Source: Fistulifera solaris (taxonomy: Eukaryota). From it: a DNA stretch of 64,000 bases. Numbering within the stretch: the stretch's first letter is position 1; every line of letters starts with the position of its first letter. A program made the translations under genes and the position numbers. Below the pieces are notes generated by a model. That model was not told where the DNA came from, ran no database searches, and worked only from the letters and a program-made list of their open reading frames with translations. Shown one piece after another: positions 1-11,676 of the stretch. Where the stretch lies: contig AP026152.1 of assembly GCA_030295235.1 (NCBI GenBank), forward strand, positions 310,001 to 374,000. Reading direction: 5' to 3'.

Positions 1-341
1 TCGCTGGTAACATGGACGACACCGTGAGAGAAAGCACCGATCTGACGTTGTTTGCACCCGTCAACCAGGGCTTGTCCAATGATTTGGTGGAAGATCTATT
101 GGAAAGACCCGACGCTCTGACCGACTTTTTGAAACATCACATGATGGCAGAAGTATTCAACGTGCGCGACTTGACGGAGGTGCAATTACTACATACCGTT
201 CTGGGAGAATGCATCCTTGCCAATCCGACGGAAAAGCGCGGTGTACTTATTGGTGAATCACAACTGAAAGGATATCAGCTAGTGCGAGAAGGAGTTCTGT
301 ACAAAATAAGTGATGCCTTGATTCCACCAACATGGCGATAA
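1..341 (+). CDS. Fasciclin (FAS1) domain protein, 3' part (likely begins upstream of window)
   Basis: FAS1 H1 motif TLFAPVN, LKHHM, and H2-like GVLYKISDALIPP in ORF 12..341. Confidence 0.7.
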   Translation, partial: AGNMDDTVRESTDLTLFAPVNQGLSNDLVEDLLERPDALTDFLKHHMMAEVFNVRDLTEVQLLHTVLGECILANPTEKRGVLIGESQLKGYQLVREGVLYKISDALIPPTWR

Positions 342-473
342 ATAATGAATGATTCGAAGCATACGCAAACTACCACATTGGCGCTTCGAAAGCAGCCTTG
401 GTATTAGCGAGTGTTTTATTAAATATAAACCCTTTTGATAACTTACACGCAATTTACTACGTTATTGCGGTTA

Positions 474-914
474 CTAACCGCGAACCATGGCTTCCTTTTG
501 CGTAAGACAAAGACCACACTTCGGATAAAGATTCAGTCCAACAAGAGACACTGCCACAGGAACTTCTTCGTTGCACGGGAAAGCACATGACATTACAGCA
601 CAGCAAGCATGCAGCTGTCCGTTGATGATGCTACACCCATCACATTCGGACGTGCACCCGACGCAACAAAACGGAAAGAGAAGGGGGAGCGCCAGGTTTG
701 CAACACAGTTCTGCGTTGCAACAGCAGATACCAGCCTAGAAAGTGAAGGGTGAGTCGAAATCGACGCATGTCCCAAACAAGCGAACCGCAAACCACTCAC
801 TTTTCCCGAGCAACCCCAACAATCGCAAGTCGGGTAGACCGAAAGATTTACACAGCATAGTGCGCAACAGAGAATGACTTTCTCCTCATCGACGGCGTCG
901 TCATGAATTTTCAT
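474..914 (-). CDS. Small, very Cys-rich protein; one intron (736..800)
   Basis: ATG at 914 (MKIHDD). GTGAGT donor at 800 and TAG acceptor at 736 give GCSGK|AGICCCNAELCCKPGAP. One extra base in the G run at 683-687 must be removed to rejoin PFCCVGC... Confidence 0.65.
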   Translation of the reverse strand: MKIHDDAVDEEKVILCCALCCVNLSVYPTCDCWGCSGKVSGLRFACLGHASISTHPSLSRLVSAVATQNCVANLALPLLFPFCCVGCTSECDGCSIINGQLHACCAVMSCAFPCNEEVPVAVSLVGLNLYPKCGLCLTQKEAMVRG

Positions 915-1124
915 TGTCAAATGGTGCTTTCTACGATCGTTTGAATTCAATGGCTCAAATCCGAAACTCGTCAACTCGTTTTGTGAGAATCACAAACTTT
1001 CGAAGAAGAAAAAGTGAGACGGAGTATCTTCATGACACCATGATGTGTACCATCAGCCGGCTACACGTGTCGGACCGGTACCAATTAGCACAAGAATGAA
1101 TAATGAGGACTTGAATACTCCGTA

Positions 1125-1917
1125 CCATTCGAGGCAAATGAGTTTCCGAGTACTTTAAAATCTATAGGACACGATTACTGTATACATTAATGTCGTTTTA
1201 CGACAGAAATCGTATGCCGTTTCAAAATCGACCGATTTTTTCCTCCTCCGCACCACGATGATATCGCGGCGAAACCATGGTCTTTCGACGATGCACATTG
1301 GAGGCGTTTGTGGAGCTGCTTGTGAAGTTTTGCACCATTCAAACAAGCGAGAGCTGGTTGGTAGAATGGCGCAAAAGTTCACAAGGAGAAAAAAAGAGTG
1401 TGCCGAGTTTTTGGAGTTCTGTTTGGTCGCGCAAAACATGAGCTTCGACATGCATTTAAGGCGAGAAAGGTTCGTAAAGTACATCTCTCGTAACAAAACT
1501 TAAAGATAAGGTATATTATTGTAGAAGATATCTATTGATGAAAGAGTTATTAGAGAAAACCTTCATTTTGGCGTCGAAGGCTGAAGTCGTAGCGTTGGGA
1601 GGAAATTTTTTCCGTCCTCCGCAGTCGATCATTGATGTCCGCACTCCCCTGTTCGCAAGTGCCAATAATCTATCACTTTATCAAACGCTCCTATCTTGAC
1701 ATAATTATTCAATACTGGCACTTCTCGTCCATAAACAACTTCATTATGCATCGTCGAAAGACCATGGTTTTGCCGCGATATCATCGTGGTGCGGAGGAGG
1801 AAAAAATCGGTCGATTTTGAAACGGCATACGATTTCTGTCGTAAAACGACATTAATGTATACAGTAATCGTGTCCTATAGATTTTAAAGTACTCGGAAAC
1901 TCATTTGCCTCGAATGG
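1125..1917. mobile_element. Non-autonomous DNA transposon (MITE), probably Tc1/mariner-type; 171-bp TIRs, TA target-site duplication
   Basis: 1125..1295 is the reverse complement of 1747..1917 with one mismatch (1271/1771). TA at 1123-1124 and 1918-1919. No transposase-like ORF inside. Confidence 0.9.
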
Positions 1918-2199
1918 TAATTGGTAATACTAATACCTGCAAGACTAAGCTGTGCACTTTCGACTTCCAGAAAGAAAGTTGCTATATATTTCCATCTTGG
2001 ATCCGGTAGGTAGCCCTACAAATCTATCTTCTCTATCCGTAGAGAGACTGCTCTTCGAACAGTGCGGTGATAGAGCAGCGATTTATTAGCCTGTCGATAG
2101 GTGCTCTTCAAAACCCTATTTCTGGCCAACTGAAGGACAGCAAAGTACACGACTCGTGTTTCCATCAGACCATGCGACTTCTAAATGCCTATTTGCGGC

Positions 2200-3483
2200 T
2201 CACGATGCCGCAAACGTGAAATCCTTTTGAAACACTTGACCCTGCTTTCGGTATTTTGGATCGAAGCGTTCTCCATACGCAAAAACGTTTGATGATGATT
2301 CGGTATTATTCAAAAATACTCGAGCTTTTTCGATCCACGGATTCGGTTCCACATCGGGGAGATGCACCAACAATTTGTGCACGACGGAAATTGCGGTGTT
2401 ATCCAACGAGTAGGTAGTCGAAGCCGGCAAGTTCCGAAACAACCAACTCTCTTCTTCGTCCCAACAAGTCATGGTCCGACCGGTTTCGTGGACTTCACAA
2501 AACGATTTGTTACGTCCCATGACCAACGCCCGTGGAAGTATTTGCGTAAACGTGGATCGCATCCCCGCCACCAAGACATCAGCATGCGCCAAGAGAGCCA
2601 TATCCATCATACTCGACTGCCATCCTTGAAAGCATGGTTCGCCGTGATTCCACGCTTGATACGAAACCCCTTGGGTCGGTCGATTCTGTGGAAGCCAGAC
2701 TATGGGAATGCCGGGATAATCGGTTGCAGTCGTGTGACAAGCGGTTTGTACCATCGGAATGACACGTTCGGTATCGGTCGCCAGAAACAACAAGGCAGGT
2801 CGACTCCACCGCTGTTCCGCCGCATATTTTCGCAACAGATAGCACAAGTCGTTCACAAAAGTGGTAGTATTCCCAATTCTGCGTCCCGACGCGGCAAAAT
2901 GGTCCTGTTCTCCGTTTCCTTCCCGCACATGCAATCCAATGACCGTATGCCGTTCAAACTGCTGTAGCAACGGCAGCGGTGTGCGTTGTACAAAACGATC
3001 AAGCAACTCCTGAAACAAGATACGATCGAACCGCAATTTCTTCTTCCACGGATTGTTGTTGCCAGTACGATAGTGCTGCGGTATGGCGACGCGCGCATTC
3101 TTATAACTCTGTCCCGCCGCATAGCCCGCGACATCGTTTCGTACTAAAATTTGTCGATTGCGATAATCTGCCGTAGTTGAAGTCCGCATCGTCAATCGAT
3201 GCGTCCCAAACAAATAGGCAAACACATCGGTCTCCGTCTGACAGGATCCTCCGTGCAATTCCATCACGGGAAGATTCAGAACGCGTGTCAAATGATATGC
3301 CGCCGAAAGTTTACTCAGACGATGCCCCAAACCGAATTGTGCAACATAATACAATCGATTCACTTCCTGCATCGATGGGTCATCACGAGTCGAAAAACGA
3401 GCCAGGATATAAAATTGCGCGAGCGTCCAAACAGCCATGCCGCATCCCAGGACAGCGGCCGCCGCCTTGCGTCGTGAGAACAT
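2200..3483 (-). CDS. Type II membrane glycosyltransferase, NodZ/alpha-1,6-/O-fucosyltransferase-like
   Basis: N-terminal TM helix; GLGHRL; fucosyltransferase motifs VIGLHVREGN, LFLATD, DMALLAHAD. Confidence 0.7.
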   Translation of the reverse strand: MFSRRKAAAAVLGCGMAVWTLAQFYILARFSTRDDPSMQEVNRLYYVAQFGLGHRLSKLSAAYHLTRVLNLPVMELHGGSCQTETDVFAYLFGTHRLTMRTSTTADYRNRQILVRNDVAGYAAGQSYKNARVAIPQHYRTGNNNPWKKKLRFDRILFQELLDRFVQRTPLPLLQQFERHTVIGLHVREGNGEQDHFAASGRRIGNTTTFVNDLCYLLRKYAAEQRWSRPALLFLATDTERVIPMVQTACHTTATDYPGIPIVWLPQNRPTQGVSYQAWNHGEPCFQGWQSSMMDMALLAHADVLVAGMRSTFTQILPRALVMGRNKSFCEVHETGRTMTCWDEEESWLFRNLPASTTYSLDNTAISVVHKLLVHLPDVEPNPWIEKARVFLNNTESSSNVFAYGERFDPKYRKQGQVFQKDFTFAAS

Positions 3484-3829
3484 GACTATCTCATTTTTTC
3501 TTGCAAAGAATGATAGTAAGAAATAAATGATCACAAAAGAAAGGTCGAAACTTTGTTATTCGAAGCATATAGGAGTAAGTAGAAACCCGGTTCGAAGCAA
3601 CAAAATCTAAATAAGAAGCGAGAAAGGAACCCGGACAGACGGTCGACGGAAAGACACGACGGTGACCGCATTTTTTCGTTTTTTTGCTTATTTATTGTTT
3701 GTGTTTCAACTTTTAACCGAGGTCATTCTCCTATTTTTTCATTATCATTATTTATCAACAATGGATTCGTCTTGTTCTTCCTTCCAACGATTGTTGACTC
3801 CCCGAACAAGCGACGGCGGCGTGTGAAAC

Positions 3830-6021
3830 ATGGCGTCAATTTTACGAACAGGTCTGGTTGCCTCTACAGGTTCCGGATCGCACCGTCTGGCAGCAAGCCT
3901 TGTGGCTCGCCGTACAGGATACCCGCGCAGCTGCTACCAGTAGTGTTCATTTTTGGATCTTGACGTTACGACCTGTGGTATTGTTTGCGCACATGACACT
4001 GCAATGGATACTTCAAGTCATTTGGAAGTACGTCATTGTGAAGGGCATTTCGCAACAAGGTGTACTTTATGTCAAGACCGCGGGTCGACGGTGGTATCAG
4101 TGGCAGTGCTCTTTGACCCGTGAACAAGTGGTGATGGAATTGGTTCTAGCAGTCTCGGTGGTGGCGCTGTACTATTTGCACCGTTTCTTGCAACGACAAA
4201 CCTATTTTCAGAGATTATCGGCGTGGATTCGAGCCAAAGTGCGGGTGTTGCAACTCTACTACGACCGATCGAAGCGTGGGACTGCCAAGGTACGTTGGTT
4301 TGATGATTGGTTGCAAAAATACTTTATTGGCGCCCCTGTCGCTGTCGAGCCTTATTTCGTTCATCCGTGACCCGATCATTCGGGAGTGAGCGCGCCTGTC
4401 ACCTTATGTATTTCTCTACTTAGACGTTTGTGCTGGAGTATTTTCCGTTGGAAGTGTCATACTGCCTAAGTATCTCCGTTGACCCGGCGTTCATCGCAAA
4501 ACTGCGGTTCGCGGAAAAGCGCATCCTTTTGTTTCATTCTCTCCTTCATCTTCACTCAAAATATTTCTATCCTTGAAACAGGCCTATGAACGCACTGTAC
4601 GGAAAATTGCCACGACATCACTGCGATTGGCTGTCATGATGCCACATTTGTTGTTTTGGGGAGTTGCGGCGGCGACAAAATGGTTATTACCGTCCTTTCT
4701 CTCGTGGCTCGCGTGCGATACGGCCCTCCTTCCCGTTTTGCGGTTGTGGTATCCGGTCACGGCGACGCTTTTGTTTTTGCACGACATGAAACTAGTCACC
4801 CAACCACATATCAAAACATCAACACAAACGCCCCAGCGGAAAACATCGTCAACACCTCGGACGCCTCTGTTGCGCATGTTCCCCCGAACGACTCCCGCCT
4901 CGGAACCTCGAAAACGTCGCGAAGTGAACGAAATGAAGGAGCGCGAAACATATTGGCTCCAATTTTGGATGACGAATGCGGCATTTTTGTGCGGAAAAGG
5001 TGTTTGGCAGGCGTTACCTTTTGTGACGAAAGTGGTGAACCGAACATGGATACTGCAACTCGAACTCCTATTGTATATTTGGGTCTTTGTCATGCCGTAT
5101 TTGTTGCCTCAAATTGCCCATGCACCCGAAGGAAAACCGTTGGCCTTACTGGAACCCCACATTCGTCGTGTCGCGCGCACAGTGTATCAATCGACACAGC
5201 TGTTTTCGGATGCATGGTGGGAAACGTGGGTGGTACGTCCCTTGACGACCACATTGAATCTCCTGGTGACATTGCGCATGTTGTCCCGAAATTTTGCCAA
5301 TGAGTTACGAAACGTGGTTACGCAGAGCAAGGCGCTTCTGTTGCCTTCCTTGTCTTTGTTCATGCCCCGTTTTCTTTCCATCTTTGGTTTATTGTTTGTT
5401 CAGTATGTTCTTCCGCTGTACCAACAATCGACCTTGCGGCACGAACGTATGCTCCGGTATTGGGTGATTCATATTTTATTGAGTGCCATCACGCAAGCCA
5501 CGGATGCCATTTTGTGGTGGATTCCATTGTCACGTGTGGTCATCTTTGCGGCGTTTGTGGTGATTGGGACTGTTCCAGCGGTAGTGGATCTGTGCATCCG
5601 CATGATATTGCATGATTTGGAAGTCTTTCGCTTGCTTCCGTCAACCGAGGAACAATTAGAGAAAAGTTCTTGGGCTTCGCGGGGGGTTCATGCGTTATTG
5701 GAGCGTTTGCCCAAAGCCACGGAAGATCCATTGACACCCGCGAAGGAGGAAGAAACTGTGAATGCTGCACATGGCGCATCTCTTCCTTCTATAGATTCGG
5801 ATCAAGAACAAGACGATGCCGTTTTATATGCGACTTCAGAAGATGACCCCTGTTCGAGCTCCGAAGGGAGCCACGCGACAGATGAAAATAAGCCGGCGTC
5901 GAAGAAGAAAGCTCCCAAACGCTCACAACACAAAACAGAGAGTGTGGTAGACAAGGAGAATGAAGGTAACGTCCGACGATCCGCGAGACAGCGTACACGA
6001 ACGGAGCGTCTTGCCTCATGA
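3830..6021 (+). CDS. Multi-pass membrane protein with two TB2/DP1/HVA22(REEP)-like units; intron 4290..4581
   Basis: ATG at 3830 joins ORF 3858 if one T is removed at ~3840-3843. GTACGT...AAACAG phase-0 intron. Motifs LWYPVTAT...YWLQFW and VLPLYQQ...LRYWVI...LWWIP. Acidic/basic disordered tail. Confidence 0.55.
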
Positions 6022-6109
6022 GCGGCCAGTCCGAATATTGTAATTCATAACACTAGCACAACAATAGAAAGAAACGCTGTAGACGCGCGTATATTTCAAT
6101 ATTTAAAGG

Positions 6110-9100
6110 TTACATGGCGTATCCATTCGTAGCGTGTTGAAAAGCGTCGTAGAGATACGTACCAAAGTGTTGTCGCGACCTACGAATCAGTTTCAAGGCC
6201 CTAGCCTTCACTTGGCTGTCCGGAACGTCGATCATCAAGCGTTTTTGGAAGTTGGTAAGAGCTTTACCATCGCCGTACCTGCTTCCAGAGAAACAAGGGT
6301 AATTGCTCTTATACATCATAATCTCAACCAACCCCAGGGCAATCTGCGAGTTCTTGCGCGCCACTTCAATTCCAGCCACAAAAAGCCTTTCAAATTCCTT
6401 AAAGCATTCTGAGCCAACTCCGCCAAGTACTTCGACGTATTCCTTCGTAAACTTAAAAGGAGCTCGTTCGAAACTGAACTCATGACCAGGTGCCATTCCA
6501 AGTGCAAAACCGAAATCAATATGAATCAATCGGCCTTTCGTATCGATCATAATGTTTCCGTTGTGACGGTCTTTGAGTCCCAGCAGATAAGATACAATGG
6601 CGTAGCCAGCTAAACTTTGCATGAAATTAGTCTGGGCCGTGATGAATGACTTTGACTTGGGATCACCGTACACCATTTCAAAGTACTTCCTCAGTCCGCC
6701 TTCTTTTGGGTATCCTTCCGCCTTTTTAAGTCCATCAAGAGAAGTCGCATCAACTAATACTTCCAGCAATCCGGTTCTGCTGCTAACACTAAGAATGCGA
6801 TAAGTTTTCAGCCAAAGTGGCAGCCCAGCTTTCGCGAAAACGGATTTGTAGTAGTGAATCATTTGCATGACGAAAACTTCCTGTCGTAAGTCATCATTCG
6901 ATTTTGACATGCAAGACGCAATTTCCAGCTGAATCATTTCGTCATCTTCCGTCCCCATTTCCTTCTTGGTAGACTCGAGCATCTGCGCTGATTTCTCGGC
7001 AAAGGAAACACCACCGCAGACAAACTGTTTCGCACGCTGCATGGCTTCGGCGTCAATGTCGTAGTTTTCGAGATCTGCGAGCACAATTTTATCTCGAATC
7101 AAGATGCTGCTGCGTTCTACAGCGATGGATTTTTCTCCAACGGAAACACAATCTGCATCAGAAATTCTAGCAGCTTCGTCCAAGATCGGCACAGTATCTT
7201 GTAGATGGGTTTGCAAATCCATCACACTAACTGATTTCCGCCTTTGATCCTGGTCCTTCATGCGTTTGGCCAGCTTAGGGGGTAGTGTTATAACGTTATC
7301 TCGAAGTAGGAGTTGCACCAGGCGATTGCCTTTCTTCGTGAACTGGGGAGCTTGTGAAGCAACATCACCCTTCTTGGCTTTGAAGGAAATTCCCGGTGTG
7401 GGCGCGTCCTGATCTTCTTCATCCCAGATACTTAGCTTCGGGTTGCTACCACTTTCTTGCGTTCTGTAACTCATTTCCGGCTTTTCGTCGACAGATTGAT
7501 GTTGCTGCTCGTCCTCGCCGTTCGCTTCCTTTTCCGACTCAATAATACTTTCCTCTGTATCAGGAGTGACGTCAAAATACGAGTGCATGTATTCAGCAAC
7601 ATCGCAATTGGGCTCTGTTCGCATCGTGTTACTGCGTCTCAGTCCCGTGCTTCGATGCAACTCACCACGTTTGGTCAGAAAGTGCATAATCACAGGACAT
7701 CGTTCTTTTGTGTTGAATACTCGCGTGTGCTTTGGGAGAGGCGATGCAACACGTCGCCACGTGTGAGTCGAGTTGCACAACGGAAGGTAAACAGCGGGTG
7801 GAATTTGCAATGCGGTGACTTTTTGAGGGGCGAGTACCTTTCGTTCCGACCGGTCACATTCGCGTAGCTCTTCTGCCAAACCTGTTAAAGCTTGTACAAA
7901 CAAGCGTTCGTTTTGAAAGAACTCATATCGATCGAGTTGAGCTTGAGTAAGGTCGCCTTTCAGAGTAGCTTCATCGATGCGTTTCGGAAAGTCATTGACG
8001 CTGCCCTCCCTTTCATCTCCCTTCAGTTTTTCACCGCTAGCTGTATTAGCTCTACCGGACCGCGTCAACGCATTATGAAATAAGGAAGATGTGTCGGCCT
8101 CTTCTTTCATGCGCCGCAACCACAATTTCGCCTCTTCGGGCTTGGGGAACCGCAATCGAAACTGGTAGGACCGGGTGACCACCAGGAGTGTCATAGATTG
8201 GTCTTGCGAAGAACCGGTCGTATCGTGAGAAATCACCGCCCGTTCCAAACTCATCGCACGGTCCAACGTTAACTTTCCTTGACAACAATCCCCCGCCGAT
8301 TTGTAGCAGTTCAAGACGTGCCGGTCGAGCGTGCAGTAACGCTGTACCCATGGCGCATCCAGTTTATCGGGTTCTTTTCCTTTGATAGGCAAAGGTGTGG
8401 GCATTTGCACGGAAATCCAACCATCCAACTTTTGCTCACTGGAGTAATCACCCGCATCCGGCTCATCCTCTGTAATTTGTAAAGCATTGAATCGACGATC
8501 CGCTTGCTCTAAGATCATCAATTCCTTCTGCGTAATCTTCCCCTGTTCGTAGAGCCGTTGCAATGTCGCGGCCCGGGGTTTTCCGTATACCACACACCGT
8601 TCCACATTGCGTAACAAATTCAAGCATCGGTTGTAGACGACGGGATCGTAGTTGGGATTGGGTACACCACCAATGGCGGCCGGTCCTTCCCCCCTCAAAA
8701 TCGGGTGGGAGTTCGGGCTGATAATCTTCCAAGGCACCCTGCAAGATCCAATTGAGCTGGAGCGCAAAATGCAACGATTGTTGGGCAATTACCAAGGTTA
8801 GACGCTCGAGGACGGCATCGTCCCAGTCGACCTCGAGGTGGATGATCATGTGCGCTAACTGGGGCAGATAAAATTCGATCCCATCAAAGACGTGCCGGGA
8901 ACCTGCAAACTGTCGTGTCATGAGAAACGCTTTTTATTTGACAAATACTAACACCGATCCTGACGACGTACCTTGGAAATGAACCGCGCCATGAACGTAA
9001 TGACAGAGGGGTCATCCCGAAATTGCCACAACAACATGACCACTTTCTCCATCGGTACTTTGTCGCTGGATTCGGAACCGAGAACTTCTTCTACCAGACT

Positions 9101-9181
9101 TAAAAAAGATTGAGACAACCGCACGTTGAAAGTGTTTTTAAGACGAGAGGACATACCGATTTTTGAAGACTTCGTGTTCAT
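6110..9181 (-). CDS. PI4KB: Phosphatidylinositol 4-kinase type III beta-like, with internal PH domain
   Basis: EFYLPQL helical domain; NTKERCP; DDLRQE; KDRHNGNIM; HIDFGF; FERAPFK. Intron ~8910..8971; frameshift at the C run ~8690. Confidence 0.9.
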
Positions 9182-9985
9182 CGTAAACGTTCATGTTTTT
9201 GAAGGGTTCTAGAGGGACAAAATGCTGCAAAGATAGATTTTTCTCGACGCCGGGAAAACCTTGTTTTCTCGTAGTATTCACAATCGAACACCAATACGAA
9301 AATGTCTCGTGATAAGACGGGACGATAAAGATTCAATACGAATCTTGGCTGGAACGAGGTTAAAATGACTCTTCGGAGAGGATTTGTATCTTTTTTACCA
9401 AAGCTGCCGGCTCGAAAAGATTACCGCTTTCGAGTTCTTTCCCACAAGATGAAAACGATGCTTTGTTGCACAGATCGAAGAAACAAGGATGAATGGAGAG
9501 ACGCAGCCGACGAATATCAATCAATTGCAATGACTGACGATGTCGTCTCTTTTTTTCGCTCTTGCGTCGCAATGCGGTGTTTTGCGAGTTTTATTTTATG
9601 TGCGATCCAGTACGAGCTCGACTATGCTTGGCATAGTAGACGCGCGTGTGAATCCGGTACTGACCTTTACGGAATCTGGAATTCAAAAACGCATCATCAT
9701 TGAAGTAAGTGAAATTCCATAACTATAACCCTAGTGTACACACGAAATGCCGACCGTTGAACTCGAAAATTTCCTACCGGTACCTCCTTGACCGGTACCG
9801 GTACCCCATTTCCCTCGACACACCCAACACGTTGGAAAGGTATTGGCCGTTCGCCAAAAATGGATCGATCTTGATCTTGTACAATCGACAACAATCGAAT
9901 CGTTCGTTACACGGGAACAAAGCAACTCAAGAATGAAAGAACATCCCTTATTCGATTGTGCCCATTGCATCACAAGAACAGCAAC

Positions 9986-10873
9986 ATGGCCAACTATTAC
10001 GCCATCGACGATCAAATCAGCTTGCCGGAACTGTCGGATGATGATGAATACTCGTTGCCCATGAACGAGATTCATGTCTCGGAACAGGATTCGGTCAGTG
10101 ATGTGGGTGGTGGTAGTTTCGTGGCGACGACGTCGGTGGAAGATCAACTGCTCAACGAACTGCTCGGGGAAGTGGGACGCGCAAAGGAAGAAGCCCAGAC
10201 ATACTCGTATCATCCACAAAAAACGGCCGTCTCGGATGGCACATCCGTGACATACGAAAGTGGAAGTGACGGTGACGTCCAGTTGGGACGAGAACTTACC
10301 ATTCGTCCGAGTCGTGACGATGGTGAAGAAGAAGAAAGTCACGAACAAGAGTCCTGTTCCTCCGAATCGAGCGATGCCACTCAAACTTTGCTCGATCGTG
10401 CTCACGAACGAATCGCTATGCAACGATTACACGAAGAAATTGAGCGTCTTCACGAAGTTGTGGAGCAAAAGAACGAAGAAATCAAAAAGCTGGCGGGCCA
10501 ATTGCGTCAAGCTGTGGAAACGAAATGTGATTTGGTGATTGCTCACACGGAATTGGAACGACATCATGCCTTCAATCTCGCTTGTAAGAAAAAGGATGTG
10601 ACGGCATTGAAGGAGGAAAACCGCACGCTTCAGGAAAAGCGGACGGAAGCCGAATTGACCTTACTGAATGAGCTGGTTCAGCTCACCGATGCCATGAAAG
10701 AAGCCGAAAAAGCCCATCAACAAGAACTGGATGATTGGGAACGACTTCATCGCAATGAAATGTTGGAGAAGGATTATCAGATTGCGCAATTGTCCGAGGA
10801 ACTCCGCAAATTGAGTGGTTTGCGACACGTCCCGCACAGAAGTGGTTTGGAAGTTTTGTTTGGAATGGGTTAG
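9986..10873 (+). CDS. Coiled-coil protein with acidic N-terminal region
   Basis: Intact ORF from ATG at 9986; E/K/L-rich heptads in the C-terminal half. Confidence 0.75.
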   Translation: MANYYAIDDQISLPELSDDDEYSLPMNEIHVSEQDSVSDVGGGSFVATTSVEDQLLNELLGEVGRAKEEAQTYSYHPQKTAVSDGTSVTYESGSDGDVQLGRELTIRPSRDDGEEEESHEQESCSSESSDATQTLLDRAHERIAMQRLHEEIERLHEVVEQKNEEIKKLAGQLRQAVETKCDLVIAHTELERHHAFNLACKKKDVTALKEENRTLQEKRTEAELTLLNELVQLTDAMKEAEKAHQQELDDWERLHRNEMLEKDYQIAQLSEELRKLSGLRHVPHRSGLEVLFGMG

Positions 10874-11676
10874 GCTTGGTGACGGCGCTTATTATAATTC
10901 ATTCATGGAACGGATATCGGTAGATAATTTGTAGGTAGAAAATGAAAGATGCTATACTGAGTATATTGTGTGACAGCAGGTCGATAGTCTGGCCTGGTTT
11001 TCCATATTTATCGCCCTAGCGCCACTGTGGGCTTCGATATAGTACTGCTGTGTGTTGTCTACAAATACCCTATTGAGTATAGCTCTTACTTCCGGCTTTG
11101 GCATGGTTTGCTTCGGGAAACAGTGTGGTGTCAGAAATTGTTTTTGAAATTTGACACCACCCGGGTGTCACGTCATGCTTGACAAGGTGACGTGATTGCG
11201 TCGGCACAAGCGATGGGACAAAGCCATCAGTCCCGTCTTTAATTAATCATTGATTTTAATTCACGGGTTTCTACTTGTTCTTCTAGTGTTGTTAAAATGG
11301 GACTCACTCAGTCACTTTGCAGCCGTCATTGTTTGTCTTATCGTCTGTCGTCGTCGTTCGGCCCCTTCGTACTATATAACAAAGTGTAGTTCGGAAAATG
11401 AATCAGACGCGTTGCACCCCCGCGTTCTGGAAAGTTGAACGTAGCTTTTGCGACTTCACCTCGACGTTTCCGACTTCCACTCGTCAAACGCAATTACTTT
11501 TTATTTTGCCAACAATAAGAATAACATATCACTTATGACAACTCTGACACCCTTTCAACCTACATAACAATATATTTGTCTTCTCGATTGTGATCGGTTT
11601 CAGTCTATAATCAAGCAGAACAGAAGGAGCAGAGACATTTTATGTTAACTTCACCATCGGGGTGAGAAACGAAAGA

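Noticed and set aside
1155..1820. Short ORFs inside the MITE
   Set aside because: No DDE or HTH motifs; they are partly mirror-image products of the TIRs
9775..9806. Repeated ACCGGTACC palindromes
   Set aside because: Short low-complexity motif with no supportable function
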